Virus record (IMG/VR): IMGVR_UViG_3300020161_000045
Location: 1-24,334 of that record
DNA from: a virus
Taxonomy: Duplodnaviria; Caudoviricetes
Length of the DNA: 24,334 nucleotides
Direction: 5' to 3' (one strand)
The notes under the pieces are model-generated. The model was given only the letters and a program-made list of their open reading frames with translations, was not told the DNA's origin and did not search any database. This document shows positions 10,959-16,835 of the stretch, piece by piece; the stretch's first letter is position 1, and every line of letters starts with the position of its first letter. The translations under genes and the position numbers were made by a program.

Positions 10959-11626
10959 TTATACCTCCTCATAGTCAAGACCTTCACCTATTCCAAAACC
11001 AGCACGCTTTGCTGAGTGCCCCCGTAATGAAACGATGTCCTCTGGGTCAGAAGTTTTGCCTTTGCTAAATGCTTTAGCCTTTATTCTTTCCCATTCTTCT
11101 TGACCCTTAGAAGAATTCTTTTCAAGGTCTACACCTTGCATCGCTGCTAAGAATTTTTTATCTTCATACTCAGATTTTCTTTTTGCTCTAAGTACTTCAA
11201 ACAATTCTGGCATTGATAGAGATTCTTCTAAGTCTTGATAGTCTTTCCAGTTTCCTAGTAAGAATATCTCTGACTCTACCTCGGCAAGTTCTAAATCTTT
11301 CCAGGACCTGCCGTTAGAAGGTTTGGGGAGTCACCATTAAAGGTAATTCCAGATGCTACTTCAATTATTTTATAAATTGATGGTAGATCAATTACGTCTT
11401 CTAACTTTTCCTTATCTTGTGAAAGTTCTGGTTTGTATTGCTTCATTGCCACCTGTACGCATTCTAATAATACGTCCATTGATTTAATATTATCTTCTGC
11501 TACGTCACTAATTTTTTCAAATGTCTTCATAAATTCACGAAGAATTGAAATTTTTAAAGGACGTAAACTTAATTTTGTTCCATCCAATAACTCTATATTT
11601 ACTATCTCATAAACACTTGTTGCCAT
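10959..11626 (-). CDS. Tail assembly chaperone, long -1 frameshift product (gpGT-like, about 222 aa); includes track ORF 10959..11213
   Basis: The -1 frame is open from the slippery site through PSNGRSWKDLELAEVESEIFLLGNWKDYQDLEESLS into MPELFEV... and ends at TAA 10959-10961. Confidence 0.85.
11282..11327 (-). promoter_or_regulatory. Programmed -1 ribosomal frameshift signal: heptamer C CCA AAC plus downstream stem-loop
   Basis: In-frame X XXY YYZ heptamer at 11321-11327, 7-nt spacer, then hairpin CGGCAGGU-C-CUGGA-AAGA-UUUAG-A-ACUUGCCG (11282-11313). The -1 frame has stops (TAA TGG TGA) just upstream of the heptamer. Confidence 0.85.
11291..11626 (-). CDS. Tail assembly chaperone, short form (gpG-like)
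   Basis: 111 aa, acidic, between major tail and TMP genes. SD AAGGAGG. Carries a slippery site near its 3' end. Confidence 0.88.
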   Translation of the reverse strand: MATSVYEIVNIELLDGTKLSLRPLKISILREFMKTFEKISDVAEDNIKSMDVLLECVQVAMKQYKPELSQDKEKLEDVIDLPSIYKIIEVASGITFNGDSPNLLTAGPGKI

Positions 11627-11654
11627 TAAAAGCCTCCTTAAGACTCTAATAAAA

Positions 11655-11663
11655 ATTATAGCA
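11655..11663 (-). promoter_or_regulatory. Extended -10 promoter (TGCTATAAT) for the chaperone-TMP-tail tip unit
   Basis: TGnTATAAT consensus upstream of the chaperone SD, abutting the terminator U-tract. Confidence 0.7.
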
Positions 11664-11692
11664 CAAAACCCACCCTCAAACGAGAGTGGGTC
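11664..11692 (-). terminator. Intrinsic terminator after the major tail gene
   Basis: ACCCACUCUC-GUUU-GAGGGUGGGU: 10-bp stem (one G-U) followed by a short UUUG tract. Confidence 0.75.
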
Positions 11693-11711
11693 AAGTGTTT
11701 ATGCTTTTGGT

Positions 11712-12359
11712 TTAGATTGTACGATCTACAATCTTTCCATATGATCCATTTGATGCTGAAAGTAAACGGAATGTTACTTCGAACATTGATGGTTCATCAC
11801 GCTTTGCTGAAACTGTTACGTTTTCAATTGATAACGCACGGTTAGCAACGTAGACACGTTCTTTAGTGATTTGTGGGTCACCAGTGCCTGGACCAACTGC
11901 AACGAGAGCACGTTCAACTGGAACATCTCCGATATCTCCAGAAAGGATTTCTAGTGTATCGACTGATCCGTTAGTTGTTAGGTCTGCATCGTCTGCTGCA
12001 ATTGCAGTAACTAGGTTATCCAAAGTTGCTTCAGCAAATGCTGTCACTAAACTTACGGACATTCCTTGTTTGTACAAACGTGCAACGTCTAGTAATTGAT
12101 CTACTTGAACTTCGCCAAAGTCTGGTTGGAATTGTAATTCCAAACCATTCATGGTGTATCCAACATTTGTAAATGCTGAACAAGCACTCATTACTGTTTT
12201 GAAGTCTGTTGCTCCTGAGAATGCTGGAACACCAGTAGTTGATGCAGATGAGAATCTGTATCCACCAACTGATGCAAAGTATTCTAGTGAGTCGTCTGCA
12301 ACGAATAATGCTGCTGCACCAACGATGATCTTTTTAGAATCTCCACGAGTATATGCCAT
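11712..12359 (-). CDS. Major tail (tube) protein
   Basis: 215 aa with siphoviral tube-like motifs (IIVGAAALF, VGYTMNGLEL, VQVDQLLD, FEVTFRLL). Strong SD GAGGAGG, followed by a terminator and the chaperone. Confidence 0.9.
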   Translation of the reverse strand: MAYTRGDSKKIIVGAAALFVADDSLEYFASVGGYRFSSASTTGVPAFSGATDFKTVMSACSAFTNVGYTMNGLELQFQPDFGEVQVDQLLDVARLYKQGMSVSLVTAFAEATLDNLVTAIAADDADLTTNGSVDTLEILSGDIGDVPVERALVAVGPGTGDPQITKERVYVANRALSIENVTVSAKRDEPSMFEVTFRLLSASNGSYGKIVDRTI

Positions 12360-12385
12360 ATTTTTTTCCTCCTCTTTTTTTAAAA

Positions 12386-12412
12386 GTGGGGGCGTTCCTC
12401 AATACAATTATA
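12386..12412 (-). promoter_or_regulatory. -10 box (TATAAT) and GC-rich leader element of the major tail gene
   Basis: TATAAT (12407-12412) followed by ATTGAGGAACGCCCCCAC (12386-12403) in otherwise A/T-rich intergenic DNA. Confidence 0.55.
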
Positions 12413-12422
12413 TATCTTATTT

Positions 12423-12989
12423 TTATGTAAGACTATCTGGGACTACCTTGTGAAAATCGTACTTTATAACAAAATCTGTGCTAAAAACGCTTCTTTGAAC
12501 ATCTAAATTTGTAGCATCTTCCATATATGTCACTTGATATAGGTTTATACAGTGTAGGAAGAATTTATTGTTTACCCCGTGTAATTGTTGAGCATACTGG
12601 TTTATTTCATCTGCTGCTACATCTTCTCTATCTAGTAAGTCATACATCAGTGTTCTTAGATTTAAAGATCCTACTATTGTTGGGGCAGTAACCTTGATTA
12701 AAGCCTGCATACTCTTAATAGGATAAAAATATCTCATAGAGCCAGTTCTTTGTTTAATAAAATCATCATAAGTAATTAATACATTATTAGTGTCCCAAGA
12801 AAAATTGCTAGTATTTTTTGCTACAGATATAGGAAAGATAGGGATGATATTGTATGGTGGCTCAGAATTGTTTTCTTGATTTTGTAATTCTGGATATGCT
12901 GTTTTAGCCTTATCCCAAAAAAACTTACAGATTGTCAGGGTAGGAGAGTCTATGGCTGCTGCTGTAGCATTTGTATCATAGGTAGTCAT
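12423..12989 (-). CDS. Putative tail terminator / tail completion protein
   Basis: 188 aa directly upstream of the major tail gene, TAATG-coupled to the upstream gene. Call is by synteny. Confidence 0.55.
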   Translation of the reverse strand: MTTYDTNATAAAIDSPTLTICKFFWDKAKTAYPELQNQENNSEPPYNIIPIFPISVAKNTSNFSWDTNNVLITYDDFIKQRTGSMRYFYPIKSMQALIKVTAPTIVGSLNLRTLMYDLLDREDVAADEINQYAQQLHGVNNKFFLHCINLYQVTYMEDATNLDVQRSVFSTDFVIKYDFHKVVPDSLT

Positions 12990-13447
12990 TAGTAGGTTAC
13001 CTCATTTTGTTTTGGAGATCTTTCCATATACCCTCTATAAAATTTTATTTCATGGGTATCTCCATATGAAGCAACAAAGGTCTTTATTTCATATTGAACA
13101 TTTTTGTCTCTTACATCTTTGGTAACAATCTTTCCATTAGAGTCTTTTATGTTAGTAATCAATATTTCGGTAATAGGATAGTATGTTCCATTCTTTTTTG
13201 ATTGAACATTGTCATTTGTTCTTAATAGCATATTTGAGGTAAATTGAACTAAGGAGTTATTTGACTTTAATTCTCCAGTAAGTGTTTTATCTGACATAGC
13301 AGATATGATTGAGCATTTAATTGTTCTATCGTATACCCAGGATTTTTCAATTACCCCGATAGCATTTTGTTTGCTTTCTGCATAATATATGTCTGCTGAC
13401 ATTGGATAGTATATGCTATCTAGTTTAGAACTATTTTTTAAAAACAA
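12989..13447 (-). CDS. Putative head closure (stopper) protein
   Basis: 152 aa beta-rich protein, TTG start abutting the upstream TAA. YPMSADIYY...GVIEKSW resembles head-tail adaptor/stopper N-termini. Synteny supports this; the start could be Met15. Confidence 0.55.
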   Translation of the reverse strand: MFLKNSSKLDSIYYPMSADIYYAESKQNAIGVIEKSWVYDRTIKCSIISAMSDKTLTGELKSNNSLVQFTSNMLLRTNDNVQSKKNGTYYPITEILITNIKDSNGKIVTKDVRDKNVQYEIKTFVASYGDTHEIKFYRGYMERSPKQNEVTY

Positions 13448-14320
13448 TTAGAACACCCCAGGAAGAATAGGTTTTTGATATCTCTCCAGGATTCTATCTA
13501 CGACACGGTTGCCTGTGCTTGAGGTCCAATTCTTAGAAAATTTAATTTTAAAGTCATCATTGTCAAATGATTCAATATATCTATTGACGTATCTTAAACT
13601 ATCATTTGCTATATCTTGAACTAGTAATTCTGAGGCATCTTGAATATCTTGAGGAATAACTTTCCAGCCAAAGTCTCCATCTACAACATATTCATATCCA
13701 TTAAAAAAGTCTACATCTAAAAATCTATCTCTCCAGATTTTAGGGTAATCTATCCTATTTCCTTCTGGAATATCAAGAACAATTGCATTTAATTGTCTAA
13801 GAATCTTGTATTCTGATTCATTGTTTTCTGAAGTAGAATCATACATCAATTCTCCATTTTCATACAACTTATATAGTTTGTGTATATTTTCATCAATTAA
13901 AAGTTGATCTGATCCATCACCAATAAATTCTTTTTCTTTTCTAATAAAGGAAAATCCACCTGTGTGTGAGTCTATAATGTATCTTGCTAGTCTTTCATAT
14001 TCTGTTGCTTCTGATACCTTAATTGATAAGGCAGTAGCAATTGTATTTGGATTTGAGTATGGTCTAACTATATCTAAGTTTGTAATATTAACTAGGTCAT
14101 CATTTTGATCTTTTACTGATGCTGATAATGATCCTGTATATGTTAAATAATGATTTGGCATTAAGAATGATGCAACTCCAGATCCATTGGCTGTTGCACT
14201 TGCTGAATATGAAGTTCCTGTTATTAAATCATCTAACTCTATAGTGTATGAAGAACTTGCTGTTAATCCAGAAAAAGATGCAGATAAACTAGTTGTGTTA
14301 TTTAATCTTAAAAGTTCCAT
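13448..14320 (-). CDS. Head-tail connector (adaptor) with an N-terminal Ig/FN3-like extension
   Basis: 290 aa after the capsid gene. C-terminal GWKVIPQDIQDASELLV...VDRILERY is typical of gp6/gp15-like connectors. Ser/Thr-rich N-terminus with SGLTASSSYTI. Confidence 0.7.
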   Translation of the reverse strand: MELLRLNNTTSLSASFSGLTASSSYTIELDDLITGTSYSASATANGSGVASFLMPNHYLTYTGSLSASVKDQNDDLVNITNLDIVRPYSNPNTIATALSIKVSEATEYERLARYIIDSHTGGFSFIRKEKEFIGDGSDQLLIDENIHKLYKLYENGELMYDSTSENNESEYKILRQLNAIVLDIPEGNRIDYPKIWRDRFLDVDFFNGYEYVVDGDFGWKVIPQDIQDASELLVQDIANDSLRYVNRYIESFDNDDFKIKFSKNWTSSTGNRVVDRILERYQKPILPGVF

Positions 14321-14337
14321 TAATGCACCTCTAAATT

Positions 14338-14346
14338 ATTATATCA
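14338..14346 (-). promoter_or_regulatory. Extended -10 promoter (TGATATAAT) for the neck genes
   Basis: TGnTATAAT between the capsid terminator and SD GAGGTG of the connector gene. Confidence 0.7.
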
Positions 14347-14350
14347 TTTA

Positions 14351-14386
14351 TAAATAAATAAGAGGGGAACATTTCTGCTCCCCTCT
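14351..14386 (-). terminator. Intrinsic terminator after the major capsid gene
   Basis: AGAGGGGAGCA-GAAA-UGUUCCCCUCU: 11-bp stem with a GNRA loop, then UAUUUAUUU. Confidence 0.85.
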
Positions 14387-14404
14387 CTAATTTCGTAAAG
14401 CAAA

Positions 14405-15385
14405 TTATGCTGTACGTGCGATTGCATCAGTTTCTTCGATTTGAACGCCGAAACGTAAGAATACAGTATATTCTACTGTGTCTTTCTTAGGTTGGAATTC
14501 GCGATGAACTGTGATATCTCTTTGGAAACCCCAAATACGGTTTTCAGGGAATGTCAAAGTGATACGGTTTGCAGGCATCAATGGAACTTCCAATAAAGGA
14601 AGACCCAATACACGGTACTGAATTGGAGCACCAAGTATTTGTGGTTCTTGACCAGCAACAACTCTTTCAACGATTCTTTCGCTGTTCAGGTTACCTGAAG
14701 AGCCAAGTCCGTTGATGATGTTTGATACTGTTTCTGTGTCTGCATAGAACTTCATTGCTGAACGTGAAGCACGATATTTACGAGGCATTGCAAGCACTAA
14801 TGCTTGTAAGTCTTCGATATCTGTACCAAATGTTGCAGTGTTTGTTGAATTGTTTTCCTTTGTAGTAAAACCTTCCAATATGTTCAAGAATGCATTTGAA
14901 CCTGTACCTGTTCCGTTGATTGCGAGATCTTCGAGATCATTTGCGAAAGCACGAGTCATTGTGCGGACCAAATGGTCTTCCAATCCTGCACCTTCCAAGT
15001 TGTCTTCGAGTGCTTCAGTTGATACTTCCCAGTCAAGACGAATCTTCTTTGTAGAGATTTCGACCTTTGTGAAAGTAACACCAGCGTTTGTGTAAGTAGA
15101 ATCTGCTTGTGCAGCAGCACGGATTACACGTTCTCCAACGTTAAGTTTTTCAAGTTCTGCAGCGTTTGTACGCATTGTTACTCTGCGTCCATCTCTTGCT
15201 AGTACTTGTTGTTCGAATATGTATTCGATAAATTGGCGTGATTGCTCAGGAGCAAGAATACCGCCGTCATTAGCGGAACTTCCTGCGACACCAAGGTCTC
15301 CTGCGGCTGGGGTGCTTACACCTCCAATACCACCAGAAACGATAGATCCTGTTGCAGCAGCCTTTTGTAAAATTTCTTCTGCCAT
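14405..15385 (-). CDS. Major capsid protein, HK97 fold
   Basis: 326 aa with GGILAPEQSRQFI, EVSTEALEDN, FANDLEDLAINGTG and VLGLPLLEVPLMP motifs. SD GGGAGGTG (15394-15401), downstream terminator. Confidence 0.93.
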   Translation of the reverse strand: MAEEILQKAAATGSIVSGGIGGVSTPAAGDLGVAGSSANDGGILAPEQSRQFIEYIFEQQVLARDGRRVTMRTNAAELEKLNVGERVIRAAAQADSTYTNAGVTFTKVEISTKKIRLDWEVSTEALEDNLEGAGLEDHLVRTMTRAFANDLEDLAINGTGTGSNAFLNILEGFTTKENNSTNTATFGTDIEDLQALVLAMPRKYRASRSAMKFYADTETVSNIINGLGSSGNLNSERIVERVVAGQEPQILGAPIQYRVLGLPLLEVPLMPANRITLTFPENRIWGFQRDITVHREFQPKKDTVEYTVFLRFGVQIEETDAIARTA

Positions 15386-15409
15386 AATTATTTCACCTCC
15401 CAGTGAATG

Positions 15410-16000
15410 TTAACGATATAGGTCAGCGGAATTGAGGAAACGCCCGCCCCACATCGATTTTCTTGTTATTTGTGTTTCCTGAACGACCCCGCCTAGGTCG
15501 CCAGACTTACGGACAGCAGTGTCGTCTTCTAATTCATCGACACGCTTTCCAAACTCGTCTACATTGCCCTTAATTCCTTTAATTTCCTCTTGTGCGGAAG
15601 CAATGCTCTTTTGTAGTTCTGCCATTTTGTCATTTAGTGACTTTACGGTTGCCACCAAGTCTCCAAGTGCTGAAGCAACTGTATTTTGAACCTCATCAAT
15701 AGATTCTTGTACTGTATCAACAGCCTTTGCTAAATCAGCAGGTGCTTCTTCAGCAGGAGTGGCGGCATCTTGTGCTGGGGCTTCTGTTTGTTCAGCAGGT
15801 GCTGCTTCTTCAGCAGGTGCTACTTCTTCAGCAGGTGCTGCTTCTTCAGCAGGTGCTACTTCTTCAGCAGGTGCTGCTTCAACAGGTGCTACTTCTTCAG
15901 CAGGTGCTGTTTCTGCAACAGGGGCTGTTTCTTCAGTTCCCTCAGACTTTACAATGTTTTCTTCAGCAACAATTGCTGGTTCTACATTTTCTTTTGCCAT
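15410..16000 (-). CDS. Nested in-frame scaffold protein (196 aa) from internal start Met262
   Basis: AAGGAGG (16009-16015) lies 8 nt before an in-frame ATG at 16000, at the protease/scaffold boundary. Confidence 0.65.
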   Translation of the reverse strand: MAKENVEPAIVAEENIVKSEGTEETAPVAETAPAEEVAPVEAAPAEEVAPAEEAAPAEEVAPAEEAAPAEQTEAPAQDAATPAEEAPADLAKAVDTVQESIDEVQNTVASALGDLVATVKSLNDKMAELQKSIASAQEEIKGIKGNVDEFGKRVDELEDDTAVRKSGDLGGVVQETQITRKSMWGGRFLNSADLYR

Positions 16001-16783
16001 TATATTCCCCTCCTTATCAGGATTTTCAGCCTTGGTTACTTTATCACCAAGTCTATTTTTCTGTGATTTAATTAATCCTTTTACCACAGAATTCTTTTCG
16101 GTATCATTAGATTCAACAAAGCCTATATTTATCATACCTTTATCGCATGATGGGCAACATGAATCTTCGTCTTGAGAAAGTCTAACGATGGAATCAGATT
16201 CGCACCAATAAACATTTTCAAGATCTACCTTACTAATAATACCATCAAATTTATTTTGTCCGTCAGCCATTTTTTCAATTGAAATAATATTTGCAAATTG
16301 ATTGGCTGGATTATCTACTAATGAGAGTTCATGGAGTTCATAGTCTTTAATAACGCGAATTGACTTATCCATCTCGGCATTGTATACCTGGTCAGATTCC
16401 TTAATACTACCACCAATAGAAAAACCAGAAAGAGTGCCATCAAGAACCTTTTCCCAAGTATCTTGAGCACCTTTAGAAATGTATGCATTTACAAAAACTC
16501 CATTATAAAATTTGTCTTCTTCTTGATTATAAAACTTGTCTGATTTGAATGACATTACCCTGCCGACTGCAATAGGCATGTGCATTTCACGAAGGTTTCC
16601 TCTGAATCTTTCAAAGGCTTTTACACTTACATCTGTTGGGACAATATCTGACTGCTTGTCAACATTGTCTAATGTAGCAAACCCAGAAACGGTACGTTTC
16701 TCTTTGTCGATTTTAGCAATTGGCATCGATAACTTAATGCTATTTTCTTCTGAGTGCCAAAATGCTTTGGATAAATTAGTCAT
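15410..16783 (-). CDS. Prohead (capsid maturation) serine protease, HK97/XkdF-like, fused to a scaffold domain
   Basis: RTVSGFAT..VDKQSDIV, REMH (His), WEKV.DG..SGFSIGG (Ser) and ELSLVDNPANQ motifs. Acidic Pro/Ala/Glu linker and C-terminal coiled coil. Confidence 0.9.
   Translation of the reverse strand: MTNLSKAFWHSEENSIKLSMPIAKIDKEKRTVSGFATLDNVDKQSDIVPTDVSVKAFERFRGNLREMHMPIAVGRVMSFKSDKFYNQEEDKFYNGVFVNAYISKGAQDTWEKVLDGTLSGFSIGGSIKESDQVYNAEMDKSIRVIKDYELHELSLVDNPANQFANIISIEKMADGQNKFDGIISKVDLENVYWCESDSIVRLSQDEDSCCPSCDKGMINIGFVESNDTEKNSVVKGLIKSQKNRLGDKVTKAENPDKEGNIMAKENVEPAIVAEENIVKSEGTEETAPVAETAPAEEVAPVEAAPAEEVAPAEEAAPAEEVAPAEEAAPAEQTEAPAQDAATPAEEAPADLAKAVDTVQESIDEVQNTVASALGDLVATVKSLNDKMAELQKSIASAQEEIKGIKGNVDEFGKRVDELEDDTAVRKSGDLGGVVQETQITRKSMWGGRFLNSADLYR
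15791..15913. repeat. Coding tandem repeat, about seven 18-bp units (ttcagcaggtgct[g/a]cttc), encoding PAEE[V/A]A
   Basis: Units at 15791, 15809, 15827, 15845, 15863 (15 bp), 15878 and 15896. The g/a alternation gives a 36-bp higher-order repeat. Confidence 0.95.
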
Positions 16784-16792
16784 GCTACCTCT

Positions 16793-16833
16793 ATTATAAT
16801 AAGTGTTTATAGGTACTTTAGAATATTATAACA
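16793..16833 (-). promoter_or_regulatory. Two -10 elements upstream of the protease: TGTTATAAT (16825-16833) and TATAAT (16793-16798)
   Basis: Both lie in the 52-bp portal-protease gap. The proximal one is 9 nt from the ATG. Confidence 0.6.
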
Positions 16834-16835
16834 AA

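Noticed and set aside
10959-11213. 84-aa ORF as an independent gene
   Set aside because: It has no convincing SD, and its frame extends upstream to the slippery site, so it is better explained as the frameshift extension.
14349-14356. T4-type late promoter TATAAATA
   Set aside because: It is on the non-coding strand within the AT-rich terminator tail and does not recur before other genes.
14391-14404. Capsid 3' trailer partly complementary to portal CDS near 17311
   Set aside because: Only 8 contiguous AT-rich matches, which is within chance expectation.
15791-15913. Possible CRISPR-like array
   Set aside because: The units are contiguous with no unique spacers and are in frame within a CDS.
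15727-16175. Three plus-strand ORFs with repetitive translations (QQVLLL, SSAGA, SRCCFF)
   Set aside because: They are antisense shadows of the stop-free 18-bp scaffold repeat, with no independent evidence of expression.
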